Positions 41,093 to 51,152 are shown, counted from the first letter of the whole stretch. The stretch is 62,890 bases of DNA, filler included, from Thermodesulfobacteriota bacterium (GCA_036381125.1; 7 parts of 7 records of this genome joined end to end with filler, not necessarily neighbours in it); one strand, 5' to 3'. The notes: generated by a model not told the origin, from the sequence alone. Program-made: numbers and translations.

Positions 41093-42010
41093 CTACGTGA
41101 AGAGCAGCGGCTCGTTGTCCCGGATGACGCGCCCCTGCGTGCTGAGCGCCTCGCGCAGGTAGCGAGGCAGGTGGAAGAGGCCGGCGTTGGTCTCGCCGTC
41201 GAACCAGCGCATCGGGCCGTCGATCCGCTTCTTGACGCGGGTGTCGACCTCCTGGATCGAAAGGGCGCGCGGGTCGGGCCCCTTCGTGGCGAGGGCGAAG
41301 GTCCAGGGGAGGCCGAAGCTCGACACCTGGGCGATGAAGGGGCGCACGACCGGGAACGCCGTCCGCAACGTGGCGACGACCGAGGCGAGGTTGAAGAGCA
41401 TGTGGGGGGCCGCCGTGCCGGCCTGGAGGGCGATCACCCCGTGCTCGGTGAGCCGGTCGCGGACGAGCTGGTAGAACTCCGTCGTGTAGAGGAGGTAAGC
41501 CGGGCCCTGCTCGATCGGGTCCGGAAGATCGATGACGATGGCGTCGAACGTCTCGCTGGTCTGCTCGAGGTGCTTGCGCGCGTCCTCGAACCGCAGCTCC
41601 GTTCGCGGGTCCTCGAAGGCCCCGGCGGCGTAGCTCGGCAGGTGCCGCCGGCAGGCGAAGACGACCTCCTCGTCGATGTCCACCATGAGCGCGCGCTTGA
41701 CGGTGCGGTGCCGGAGCGCCTCCCGGAGGGTCGCCCCCTCGCCGCCGCCCACGACCATGATCCGCTCGGGCCCTGTCGGGTGGGCGACGAAGGCGGGATG
41801 GATGATCGCCTCGTGGTAGATGAACTCGTCCGTCTCGCTGGACTGCAGCTTGCCGTCCAGGATGAGCGCCTTGCCGTACGAGCCGGTCAGGACGATGTCC
41901 ACCTCCTGGAACTTCGTTCTGGCGTGGTAGATCGTCTCGACGATCGAGTGGCCGTGCAGCTCGTCGGCGCTCAGATACTCAAAGAACCACTTCGAGGTCC
42001 GCGGACTCAT
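41093..42010 (-). CDS. speE: Polyamine aminopropyltransferase (SpeE family)
   Basis: TKFQ, LILDGKLQS..DEFIYHE, VGGGEGATLRE, VDID, IDLPDP, LYTTEFY. Confidence 0.92.
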   Translation of the reverse strand: MSPRTSKWFFEYLSADELHGHSIVETIYHARTKFQEVDIVLTGSYGKALILDGKLQSSETDEFIYHEAIIHPAFVAHPTGPERIMVVGGGEGATLREALRHRTVKRALMVDIDEEVVFACRRHLPSYAAGAFEDPRTELRFEDARKHLEQTSETFDAIVIDLPDPIEQGPAYLLYTTEFYQLVRDRLTEHGVIALQAGTAAPHMLFNLASVVATLRTAFPVVRPFIAQVSSFGLPWTFALATKGPDPRALSIQEVDTRVKKRIDGPMRWFDGETNAGLFHLPRYLREALSTQGRVIRDNEPLLFT

Positions 42011-42425
42011 AGAGACCCACCCCTGCGGTCACGGGAGCTGGCGCCGGCTTGTGCGGGAGCTTCTCGTTGCGCTCGGCGTTGATGATGCCGCGCTTCATCT
42101 CGACCAGGCTGGGGTTCTGGCTCTCGAAGGCGCGGATGAGCGACTCGGCGGCCATCTCGGGCTGCAGGAGATCGCCGCACGTGAAGATGTCCACCGCCGC
42201 GTAGCCGTACTCGGGCCAGGTGTGAATGGAGAGATGGGACTCGGCGATGATCACCATGCCGGAGATCCCGAACGGATTGAACTCGTGGAAGGAGACATCG
42301 ACGATCGTCGCCTTGGCGTCACGGGCGGCGGCGACCATCGCGGACTTGACGTACTCGAGGTCCTTGATCGACTCGGTGTTGCAGTCACGGAGTTCGAGCA
42401 GGAGGTGGGTCCCGAGTGCGTTCAA
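41979..42425 (-). CDS. speD: Pyruvoyl-dependent S-adenosylmethionine decarboxylase proenzyme (class 1B)
   Basis: GTHLLLEL, FHEFNPFGISG, AESHLSIHTWPE, VDIFTCG. TTG start after AGGAGG. Confidence 0.9.
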   Translation of the reverse strand: MNALGTHLLLELRDCNTESIKDLEYVKSAMVAAARDAKATIVDVSFHEFNPFGISGMVIIAESHLSIHTWPEYGYAAVDIFTCGDLLQPEMAAESLIRAFESQNPSLVEMKRGIINAERNEKLPHKPAPAPVTAGVGLYESADLEVVL

Positions 42426-42687
42426 TCCATCTGCCCTCCTATCCGCCAGCCTCCACCCGACCTGCGCCGGGCAGAGCCAGAGGCTCCTTGGCGTGGGGCC
42501 CTTAAGCGTCGCCGCGCCTGCCTGCGCCGCGACCGCGTTCGGCTCCCTACGGCAATGAGCCCGGAGGCGCTCGCAAGACACTCCGCGAGGCTCTCCGGGC
42601 CGGGTTTCGCATGCATATAAACAGACCCCCCCCTGCGCTGCAAGTGAAAACTGCCACGCGGTCGGGTCTTTTTTTCGGGGACGCGGG

Positions 42688-43728
42688 CTAGCGCAGCGCG
42701 CGGCTGCGTCGAGACGGGCTCCGTCGTTCCGCGGCGCGGCGCCGCTGGTAGCGGTCGACGTTTCGCTCGTGCTCGGCGAGCGTCGTGGCGAAGATGTGGG
42801 TCCCGTCGTTCCGGGAGACGAAGTAGAGATACGGCACCGGAGCCGGCCGGACCGTGGCTTCGAGGGCCGCCCGGCCGGGGTTCGCGATCGGACCGGGCGG
42901 CAGCCCGCGGATCCGGTAGGTGTTGTAGGGCGTCCAGGTCAGGAGGTCTGACTTCCGGATGTTCCCGTCGAAGTCCTGGATGCCGTAGATCACGGTGGGG
43001 TCGCTCTGGAGCGGCATCCGCCGCTTGAGCCGGTTGCGGAAGACCGCGGCGACGAGAGGTCGCTCGTGAGGCTGCCCCGTCTCCTTCTCCACGATCGAGG
43101 CGAGCGTCACCAGCTCGTGTTCGGAGAAGCCCTGCGCCTTCGCCTCGGCAAGCAGCTCGGCCGAGACGTTCGCCCGGTACTGGGCGACCATGGTGCGCAG
43201 GATCTGGTCCGGCGAGAGGCCGCGGACGAACCGGTACGTATCAGGGAACAGGTAGCCTTCGAGGCGATCGGCCGGAACGCCGAGGCTCCTGGCGAAGGCC
43301 GGATCCTCGGCGCGCGCGACGAACGCCTCGGCCTCGGTGAGCCGCTCGGCCGCGAGCAGCGACGCGATCTCGCGCACCGTCCAGCCCTCGGGGATCGTCA
43401 CCTGGTGCTGGCGCACCTCGCCGCGGACGAGGCGACCCAGCACGTCGCGCGCGGAGGCGTCCGACGGGAACTCGTACTCGCCCGCCTTGAGGCGGCCGGC
43501 CGCCCCGGTCAGGCGGGCGTACCAGGCGAGGAGCCGGCCGTCGCGGACGACGCCGGCCGCCTCGAGGTCGCGGGCGACCGCGGCGAACGGCCGCCCGGGC
43601 GGGACTTCGACCACGCGCGTGGCGCCGGCCGGGCCGGCGGGGGACGACAGCGCGAGATACCCGTAGGCGGCGGCACCCGTCGCGACGACGAGGACGAGGA
43701 GGACGGCGAGCAGGGCGGCGCGGCGCAT
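42688..43728 (-). CDS. mltG: Endolytic transglycosylase MltG
   Basis: LKAGEY, TIPEG, LEGYLFPDTY, LASIVEKE, LQSDPTVIY, PYNTY..GLPPGPI. Confidence 0.95.
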   Translation of the reverse strand: MRRAALLAVLLVLVVATGAAAYGYLALSSPAGPAGATRVVEVPPGRPFAAVARDLEAAGVVRDGRLLAWYARLTGAAGRLKAGEYEFPSDASARDVLGRLVRGEVRQHQVTIPEGWTVREIASLLAAERLTEAEAFVARAEDPAFARSLGVPADRLEGYLFPDTYRFVRGLSPDQILRTMVAQYRANVSAELLAEAKAQGFSEHELVTLASIVEKETGQPHERPLVAAVFRNRLKRRMPLQSDPTVIYGIQDFDGNIRKSDLLTWTPYNTYRIRGLPPGPIANPGRAALEATVRPAPVPYLYFVSRNDGTHIFATTLAEHERNVDRYQRRRAAERRSPSRRSRALR

Positions 43729-43825
43729 ACGGCGGTGACCTCTCATCGGGGCCGCGGCTGCTGCGGCCCGGGGACCATGACGCGGGCGCCCCGGCGTCGT
43801 CCGAGCCGCCTGGCGCTCCGCCTGG

Positions 43826-44281
43826 CTAGTCCGGCTCGTCGGCCGGCCGCTGCCGCGAGGCCCGGATGGATGCCTGGCGGTCAAGGTAGCCCTGCAGGAT
43901 GAGCGCCGCGGCAACGGTGTCCACGACCGCCTTGCGCTTGCGCCGCGAGACGTCGCCCTCGAGGAGCGCCCGGTTGGCCGCGACGGTGGAGAGCCGCTCG
44001 TCCCAGGTGACCACCGGGAGCCCGAGGGCGGCCTTGACCGCCTCGGCGAACTCGAGCACCGAGACGGCCTGCGGGCCGAGCGTCCCGTTCATGTTCTTCG
44101 GCAGGCCGATCACGATGCGCTCGACCTCCCACTCGGCGACGAGGCGGCGAAGCGCGTCGAGGTCCGCCGCCATGCCGCGGCGGGAGAGGGTCGAGAGCCC
44201 CTGGGCGGTCCAGCCCAGCTCGTCGCTCACGGCCACGCCGATCGTCTTCGTCCCGACATCGAGCCCCAGTGTTCGTCCCAT
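43826..44281 (-). CDS. ruvX: YqgF/RuvX pre-16S rRNA nuclease
   Basis: LGLDVGTKTIGVAVSD, GLPKNMNG, WDERLST, VDTVAAALILQGYLD. Confidence 0.94.
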   Translation of the reverse strand: MGRTLGLDVGTKTIGVAVSDELGWTAQGLSTLSRRGMAADLDALRRLVAEWEVERIVIGLPKNMNGTLGPQAVSVLEFAEAVKAALGLPVVTWDERLSTVAANRALLEGDVSRRKRKAVVDTVAAALILQGYLDRQASIRASRQRPADEPD

Positions 44282-44402
44282 GGTCGAGTCTCCGAAATCC
44301 CTCAAAGTAGGGCGGTCAGCTCACCGAGTCAAGCGGGGACACGAGGCTGTTGACAGCCGCGGCGCCGCGAGAGTAGAGTCCCGCCTCTCGGAGGGACCGA
44401 CC

Positions 44403-44993
44403 ATGGGCGCGCCTCCCAATGCCGGAACCCGGCCGGCTTCCCCCGGCCACCGGGCGCTCGTCTCCCGGATGAAGGACCCCGACGCCGATGTCCGGGCGGC
44501 TGCCGCCTCGGCGCTCGAGCGGATCGAGGCCCGGGCGACGCTCGACCGCCTGGTCGCGACGTTCGACTCGAGCGACCCCCAGATGCAGCTCAAGATCGTC
44601 TTCGGCCTGAAGAGCCTCAACGACGAACGGGCGCTCGACCCGCTCGTGCGGGCGCTGCACGCGGAGTCGGACGAGGTGCGCGCGTCGGCCGCACGGGTCC
44701 TCGGCGACCTCGCGCACCCGCGCACCGTCGGGCCGCTCGTCGAGGCGCTCGACGACCCGAGCCTGCCGGTGCGTGCGGTGGCCGCCGAGGCGCTCGGGCG
44801 CTTCCGCGACCGCCGGCTGACCGATCCGCTGGTAGCCTGCCTCGACACCACGGACGAGCACCTGCTCGACGCCGTGCTCGGCGCGCTCGGCGCCATCGCC
44901 GATCCGCGTGCGGAAGCCGCCATCCTCCCGTTCCTCGACCACCCCTCGCCCAGGATCCGGGCCCGCGCCTGCTGGGCGCTCGGCAACCTTTAG
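44403..44993 (+). CDS. HEAT/PBS-lyase repeat protein
   Basis: Repeated D..VR..AA.ALG units. TTGACA-N18-TAGAGT and GGAGG upstream. Confidence 0.8.
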   Translation: MGAPPNAGTRPASPGHRALVSRMKDPDADVRAAAASALERIEARATLDRLVATFDSSDPQMQLKIVFGLKSLNDERALDPLVRALHAESDEVRASAARVLGDLAHPRTVGPLVEALDDPSLPVRAVAAEALGRFRDRRLTDPLVACLDTTDEHLLDAVLGALGAIADPRAEAAILPFLDHPSPRIRARACWALGNL

Positions 44994-45121
44994 AGTCAAG
45001 AGGGGGACTCCGGCCTCGCCTCGCTCGGCCTCCGCCCCCCTCCTGACGACCTCCCCGGAGCCTCACTCGCTCGGGCCGGAGTGAATCCGGCCCTCGCTTC
45101 AGAAGCTCCTCCGCCGATGAC

Positions 45122-46783
45122 CTAGCCCAGCGTCGCCGCGAGTTCTCGACAGCGTTCGCCGACGGCGCCCCGATCCTCGGCCGCGGCCCGCAGGAGGCGG
45201 CGGGCCTCGGGGCTGCCGACCGCGGCCAGCGCCTCGGCCGCGGCGATGCGGACGACCGGCGGCTCCGCGCGGCCGAAGACTCGCCTGAGCAGGCCGGGCG
45301 GCTCGAGCAGCTTGCCGAGCGCCTCGACCGCCTGCGCCCCGCCGACCAGCCCGAGTGCTTCGATGGCGTGGCGCCGCACCTCTGGGTTGGCGGCACGCCG
45401 GTTGGCGCCGAGCGGCTTGCCGCGCGCGATCGCCTCGAGCGTCGGCAGCGCGGCCGCCTCGCGCCAGGCCCCGACGGCGAGGATCGCGTGGACCTGGATC
45501 TCCGGATCGTCGCTCGTCAGGCAGCCCACGACCTCGCCCCGCGCCCGCGGCCCGCCGATCTTCGAGAGCGCCTGCACGGCCGCGCGCCGCACGCGGGTGT
45601 CCTCGTGCGCGAGCAGCGCCGTGAGCGCCGGCACCGAGCCGCGGCTCCTGAGCTCCCCGAGGAGCGTCACCATGTTCCGCACGACGAACCACCGGGGATC
45701 CTGGAGCCTCAGCTCCAGCTCCGGCACGGCGCTCTCACCGAAGAGCGTGATGACCTGCGAGAGCGCTCGTCGGGCCCCCCGGTCCTCGCCGGTGCTGAGC
45801 GCGTCGAGGAGCGCGCCGAGCGCGCGCGCGCCGAGGCGGGTGAGCGCCCGGCCCAGTACCTCGCGCTCGCCGCGCGCCTCGCGCGAGCCGACCCGCTCGA
45901 CGAGCCAGGTGAGGAGCGGCTCGTCGATCAGCTCGGCGAGGAGCGCGTCGGCCATCTGCTGGTGCACGGCGCCGCGCCGGCCGGTGCTGCCGCCCGCGTG
46001 CTGGCCGAGCACCGCGATGGCCGGCAGCAGCGTGTCGAACGGGGCCGTGTTGCGCAGCTCGAGGGCCGTCCACCGGAGCTTCTCGACGGTGTCCTGGTAG
46101 GCGACGCTGTCGGTCTCGCGGTCGAGCCTGGCGAGCAGCGCGAGGAGCTGCTGCTCGGCCGTCATCCGCTCCGGTTCGGGAGCCGGCTCCGGCTGTTGGG
46201 AGGCGCCCGCGTCCCCGGCGGCGTCGCCGGCCTCGGCGGCCTCGGCCTCCGGCGGCGTCCAGGTCGTGCGCGGCTCGGCGCGCTCGGCCGACGCCTGCTC
46301 GAGCTTCGCGAGGATCGCGTCGAGGTCGGCCTGGTTGGCCCAGATCGCCCGGACACCGGCCTCGGCGAGACAGGCCTCGAAGCCGCCGTCGCGGGCGAGG
46401 TCCTCCGGATCGACGGTGAGGAGGTGGAGCAGGTGGCCGAGTTCGTCGGCCGTGGCCTCGCGGCGCAGGTAGAGGCGGCTCACGCGCCGCACGACGCACT
46501 CGTGGGCGAGGTCGGCCACGCCGGGCACCTGCCCGCCGACGAGCCTGCCGTTCTCGGTGAAGCCGCGGCGGCCGACGCCCAGCTCGACCGGCTCGGTGGA
46601 GCCGGCGTCGCGGCCGACCTGGAACCGCTCGTGCGCCTCGCGCACCTTCTCGTTCGCGATGCGCAGCGCCGGGTGCGCGGGCGGGTAGAAGAGCGTCGCC
46701 TTGTAGGCGCGCGCCAGCTCGCCGAGGAAGCCCTCGAGGAGCGGATCGGTGGTGGAGCCACCCGAATTCTCGGTCCGGCGCAT
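45122..46783 (-). CDS. HEAT-repeat protein with N-terminal YPxxHP domain
   Basis: FYPPAHP, DPRWFVVRNMV, EDTRVRRAAVQAL. TTGACA-N17-TAGACT promoter just upstream. Confidence 0.8.
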   Translation of the reverse strand: MRRTENSGGSTTDPLLEGFLGELARAYKATLFYPPAHPALRIANEKVREAHERFQVGRDAGSTEPVELGVGRRGFTENGRLVGGQVPGVADLAHECVVRRVSRLYLRREATADELGHLLHLLTVDPEDLARDGGFEACLAEAGVRAIWANQADLDAILAKLEQASAERAEPRTTWTPPEAEAAEAGDAAGDAGASQQPEPAPEPERMTAEQQLLALLARLDRETDSVAYQDTVEKLRWTALELRNTAPFDTLLPAIAVLGQHAGGSTGRRGAVHQQMADALLAELIDEPLLTWLVERVGSREARGEREVLGRALTRLGARALGALLDALSTGEDRGARRALSQVITLFGESAVPELELRLQDPRWFVVRNMVTLLGELRSRGSVPALTALLAHEDTRVRRAAVQALSKIGGPRARGEVVGCLTSDDPEIQVHAILAVGAWREAAALPTLEAIARGKPLGANRRAANPEVRRHAIEALGLVGGAQAVEALGKLLEPPGLLRRVFGRAEPPVVRIAAAEALAAVGSPEARRLLRAAAEDRGAVGERCRELAATLG

Positions 46784-46843
46784 GAGGCGGCGGAGTCTAC
46801 TCGTGGCCGCGTGCCTTGTCAACCGCGGTAGAATCGCCCAACC

Positions 46844-48201
46844 ATGCGAACGCGCACGGTCTACCGCTGTCAGGCCTGCGGCCGCGCCGAGCCGCGCTGG
46901 GCCGGGCGGTGCGCCGGCTGCGGGGAATGGCACACCCTCGTCGAGGAGCTGGAGGCGCGATCGGCCCGCCAGGGCGGCAGGCCCGGTACGCACGCCCCGC
47001 CAGGCGATCGGTCGGCCGCCCGGCCCACGCCGATCACCGACGTCGAGGACGACGAGGCGGCTCGCCTCGTGACCGGCCTGTCGGAGTTCGACCGGGTGAT
47101 GGGCGGCGGCATCGTCCCCGGCTCCGCCACGCTCGTCGGCGGCGACCCCGGCATCGGCAAGTCCACCCTCCTCATGCAGGTGGCCGGCCGGCTCTGCGGG
47201 CAGGGGGCCGCCGTGCTGTACGTGTCGGGCGAGGAGTCGGCGCGCCAGACCCGGCTGCGCGGCCGGCGGCTCGGCGTCGAGGCCGGGTCGCTCCTCGTCT
47301 ACGCCGAGACGCGTCTCGAGGCGGTGCAGCTCGAGGTCGAGCGTCTGGCGCCGGCGGCCCTCGTCATCGACTCCATCCAGACGCTCGCCACCGACGCGCT
47401 CGACAGCGCGCCGGGCTCCGTCGGGCAGGTTCGGGAGACGGCCGCCCGCCTGGTGCGCCTCGCCAAGGCGGGCGGCCCGGCGGTGTTCCTCGTGGGCCAC
47501 GTCACCAAGGAAGGGGCCATCGCCGGGCCGCGCGTCGTCGAGCACATGGTCGACACCGTCCTCTACTTCGAGGGCGATCGCGGCCACCCCTACCGCATCC
47601 TGCGCGCGGTCAAGAACCGGTTCGGCTCCACCAACGAGATCGGCGTCTTCGAGATGAAGGATCGCGGCCTCGACGAGGTGGCGAACCCGTCGGAGCTCTT
47701 CCTCTCGGAGCGCCCCGCCGACGCCGCCGGCTCGGCGGTCGTGGCGAGCCTCGAGGGGAGCCGGCCCGTCCTCGTCGAGGTCCAGGCCCTCGTGGGCCAC
47801 GCGACCTACGGCACGCCGCGTCGGACGACCATCGGCGTCGATCCGAACCGGGTGGCGCTGCTCGTGGCGGTCCTCGAGAAGGCGGCCGACGTGACGCTCG
47901 TCGCGCAGGACGTCTTCGTCAAGGTGGCCGGCGGGGTGAAGCTCTCCGAGCCCGCGATCGACCTGGCCCTCATCGCCGCGCTCGCCTCGTCCGTGCGCGA
48001 CCGCCCGCTCGATCCCGAGACGCTCGTCTTCGGGGAGGTCGGGCTCTCGGGCGAGGTCCGAGCTGTCGCCCAGGCCGAACTCCGCCTGCGCGAGGGCGCC
48101 AAGCTCGGCTTCACGCGGGCCGTCCTCCCGCGCGGCAACGCCCGCCGCCTCGTCGAGGCGGCCGGTCTCGAGATCGTGGGGGTGCGGGACGTGAGCGAGG
48201 C
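46844..48201 (+). CDS. radA: DNA repair protein RadA/Sms (C-terminus cut by linker)
   Basis: CQACG..CAGC Zn finger, GDPGIGKSTL, IDSIQT, KNRFG, GEVGLSGEVR. Confidence 0.96.
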
Positions 48202-48301
48202 NNNNNNNNNNNNNNNNNNNNNNNNNNNNNNNNNNNNNNNNNNNNTTAATTAATTAANNNNNNNNNNNNNNNNNNNNNNNNNNNNNNNNNNNNNNNNNNN
48301 N
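48202..48301. other. Artificial contig linker
   Basis: N-TTAATTAATTAA-N. Confidence 0.97.
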
Positions 48302-48411
48302 TCCATCGACGGTTCGCGGCCGCTCACGCCGCCGCTCCGGCCTGCCGATGTACACTGCTTCGGGCGGCGCGTATAGTACCAGAAGCGCTCGCTTCCAGGG
48401 AGGCACGCCCT

Positions 48412-49173
48412 CTGCTCGCCGCACTCGCCACCTCGCCTGCCGCCGCGGCCCTCGGCGCTCTCGGCCTGGCCTTCGCGGCCTTCGTCAAGGGTGCGATCGG
48501 CGCCGGCTTCCCGGTCATCGCGGCCCCCGTCGTCGCCTCGTTCGTCGATCCGCAGACGACGATCATCGCCGTCTCGGTGCCCGGCCTCGCCATGAACCTC
48601 CTCCAGATCTCGGGGGGCGACCGCCTCGTCGGCATCCTGCGGCGCCACCTCCCCTTCCTCCTCGTGGCCGTCGCCTCTACCACGATCGGCGCGCTCCTCG
48701 TCAGGCGGCTCGACCCCGACGTGGTCCGCTTCGTCCTCGGCCTGGTCACCCTCGGATGGCTCGCCCTGGGCGTCTTCAAGGTCTCCGTGGCGATCACCCC
48801 TGCGCGGGAGCGCTGGGCCGCGCCGCTCCTCGGCGCGGTCGCCGGCGTCATCGGCGGGGCGACCACGATCTTCTTCCCCGTCATCGCCATCTACCTGCTC
48901 GGCGTCGGCGTCGAGCGGCGGCACTTCATCCAGGCCATCTCCTGCATCTTCGCGCTGCTGCAGACGATCCAGCTCGGCGCCCTCGCCGTCTTCGGCGCCG
49001 TGACCGGGCCGCGGCTCCTCTACGCGCTGGCTGTCTCCGTCCCCTGCGCGCTCGGCTTCGCCGTCGGGCAGGCCTCGCAGCGGCGGCTCGACCAGGTGCG
49101 CTTCATGCGGGCGGTCCGGCTGCTGCTCGCCGCCACCGCCCTCCAGCTCGTCTATCGCGGCCTTGCCGGCTGA
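48412..49173 (+). CDS. Sulfite exporter TauE/SafE-family membrane protein (start uncertain, possibly CTG)
   Basis: AAFVKGAIGAGFP and GAVAGVIGG motifs, about 8 TMs. The frame extends upstream of the listed GTG at 48577. Confidence 0.72.
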   Translation: MLAALATSPAAAALGALGLAFAAFVKGAIGAGFPVIAAPVVASFVDPQTTIIAVSVPGLAMNLLQISGGDRLVGILRRHLPFLLVAVASTTIGALLVRRLDPDVVRFVLGLVTLGWLALGVFKVSVAITPARERWAAPLLGAVAGVIGGATTIFFPVIAIYLLGVGVERRHFIQAISCIFALLQTIQLGALAVFGAVTGPRLLYALAVSVPCALGFAVGQASQRRLDQVRFMRAVRLLLAATALQLVYRGLAG

Positions 49174-49199
49174 CGCGACGAGAATGCCGTTTTATTCTG

Positions 49200-49248
49200 T
49201 TGACTTTCCGGCGGTCGCGCCGTAGGCTGGCGACGGTATCCCGTATCC
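49200..49248 (+). promoter_or_regulatory. TTGACT-N17-TAGGCT promoter followed by GTATCCC direct repeat (candidate GntR operator)
   Basis: Seen directly upstream of the GntR gene. Confidence 0.5.
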
Positions 49249-49263
49249 CGAGTCGAGGTCACC

Positions 49264-49947
49264 ATGACGCAACCGCTGCCCCGCCTCGAGATCGCGGTTC
49301 CCCGCCCCCTCCGAGAAGAGGTCTACCTGCGGCTCAGGCGAGCCATCCTCGACTCGGTCTACCCGGCCGGGACGAAGCTCGTCGAGGCCGATCTCGCGGC
49401 CGCCCTGTGCATCAGCCGCACCCCCATCCGCGAGGCGCTGCACAAGCTGGAGCTGGAGGGCCTGGTCGAGCGGGTGCCCGGGGGGACGGGGCTGCGCGTG
49501 GCCGGCCTCTCGCGCGAGGAGGTGGAGGAGATCTACGGCCTCCGCGCGGCCCTCGAGGGCTACGCCGCGAGGCTCGCGGCCGCCCGCATGACCGCAGAGG
49601 AGGCGGCGCGGCTGTCGGCGCTCCTCGACGCCAGCGCGGAGGCCGTTGCCGCCGGGGACGCCGCGGCGCTCCTCCGGCTCAACACCGAGTTTCACGAGGC
49701 GATCTATCGGATCGCGGGGAGCCGGCGCCTCGAGGGGCTCGTGCGCGGGCTCCACGAGCAGGTGATGCGCTACCGCGCGGCGACGCTCGAGATCCGCGGG
49801 CAGGGCCGGGCCGGCCTCGACGAGCACCGGGCCATCCTCGGGGCGCTCGCCGCCGGGGACGCCGGCCGCGCCGAGGCGCTCGTCGTGGCGCACGTGCAGC
49901 GCAAGATGCGCGTCGTGGCCGAGCATCTTTCCAGGGAGACAGACTGA
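49264..49947 (+). CDS. GntR-family regulator (FCD domain)
   Basis: ISRTPIREALHKLELEGLV; LNTEFHEAI; EHRAIL. Confidence 0.92.
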   Translation: MTQPLPRLEIAVPRPLREEVYLRLRRAILDSVYPAGTKLVEADLAAALCISRTPIREALHKLELEGLVERVPGGTGLRVAGLSREEVEEIYGLRAALEGYAARLAAARMTAEEAARLSALLDASAEAVAAGDAAALLRLNTEFHEAIYRIAGSRRLEGLVRGLHEQVMRYRAATLEIRGQGRAGLDEHRAILGALAAGDAGRAEALVVAHVQRKMRVVAEHLSRETD

Positions 49948-49949
49948 AG

Positions 49950-51152
49950 ATGACGCAGAGCCAGGCGCGGCCGGCCGCCGGCCGCCACTTCCTGCAGATC
50001 CCCGGCCCCACCAACACCCCCGACCGCATCCTGCGCGCCATGGCGGCGCCGGTCATCGACCACCGCGGGCCGGCGTTCGCGCGCCTCGCGCTCGGGCTGC
50101 TCGCCGACCTCAAGAAGGTCTTCAAGACCGAGAAGGGGCAGGTCGTCCTCTTCCCCGGCTCGGGGACCGGGGCCTGGGAGGCGGCGCTGGTGAACACGCT
50201 CTCGCCGGGCGATCGCGTGCTCACGTTCGAGACCGGGCACTTCGCCATGCTCTGGGCCGAGATGGCGCGGGCGCACGGGCTCGAGGTGGAGACGGTGCCG
50301 CTCGAGTGGGGGCAGGGCATCCCGGCCTCCGCCGTCTACGAGACGCTCGCGGCCGACACGGGGCACACGTACAGGGCGGTCCTCGCGGTCCACAACGAGA
50401 CCTCCACCGGCGTCACGAGCAACATCGCCGCCGTGCGGAGCGCCATCGACCGCGCCCGGCACCCGGCGCTCCTCCTCGTCGACACCGTCAGCTCGCTCGC
50501 CTCCATCGACTTCCGCATGGACGAGTGGGGCGTCGACGTCGCCGTCACCGGCTCACAGAAGGGTCTCATGCTCCCGCCGGGCATCGGCCTGGTCGCCGTC
50601 GGCCCCAGGGCGCTCGAGGCCTCCCGGTCGAACCGGACGCGACGCAGCTTCTACGACTGGCGGCCGGTGATCGAGCAGAACCAGAAGGGCTTCTTCCCCT
50701 ACACGCCGGCCACGAACATGCTCTACGGTCTGCGCGAGGCGCTCGACATGCTCTTCGAAGAGGGGCTCGAGCAGGTCTTCGCGCGGCACGCCCGCCTGGC
50801 CGACGGCGTGCGGGCGGCGGTCAGGGCGTGGGGGCTCGAGATCCTCTGCCAGGACCCGGCCGAGTACTCGAACACCCTCACGGCCGTGAAGATGCCGCCC
50901 GGCCACGACGCGGACCGGCTGCTCGCCGTGGTCCTCGAGCGGCACAACCTGTCGCTCGGCATGGGGCTGTCGAAGATCAGGGGGAAGGTCTTCCGGATCG
51001 GCCATCTCGGGCACCTCGGCGAACTCGAGGTGCTCGGCACCCTGGGCGGCGTCGAGATGGGGCTCGAGGCGCTCGGCATCGACGTGCCGCTGGGCGCCGG
51101 CGTCCGGGCCGCTCAGGAACGGTTCCTCGCGCACCACGACGCGAGGCGATAG
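49950..51152 (+). CDS. Class V aminotransferase, serine-glyoxylate aminotransferase-like
   Basis: GRHFLQIPGPTN, IDHRGP, SGTGAWEAALVNTLS, HNETSTG, GSQKGLMLPPG, FRIGHLG. Confidence 0.9.
   Translation: MTQSQARPAAGRHFLQIPGPTNTPDRILRAMAAPVIDHRGPAFARLALGLLADLKKVFKTEKGQVVLFPGSGTGAWEAALVNTLSPGDRVLTFETGHFAMLWAEMARAHGLEVETVPLEWGQGIPASAVYETLAADTGHTYRAVLAVHNETSTGVTSNIAAVRSAIDRARHPALLLVDTVSSLASIDFRMDEWGVDVAVTGSQKGLMLPPGIGLVAVGPRALEASRSNRTRRSFYDWRPVIEQNQKGFFPYTPATNMLYGLREALDMLFEEGLEQVFARHARLADGVRAAVRAWGLEILCQDPAEYSNTLTAVKMPPGHDADRLLAVVLERHNLSLGMGLSKIRGKVFRIGHLGHLGELEVLGTLGGVEMGLEALGIDVPLGAGVRAAQERFLAHHDARR

Noticed and set aside
48348-51152. 934-aa ORF as a giant aminotransferase (likewise 45122-47800 for the HEAT protein)
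   Set aside because: The recognisable proteins start at 49950 and 46783; the upstream parts overlap other genes.
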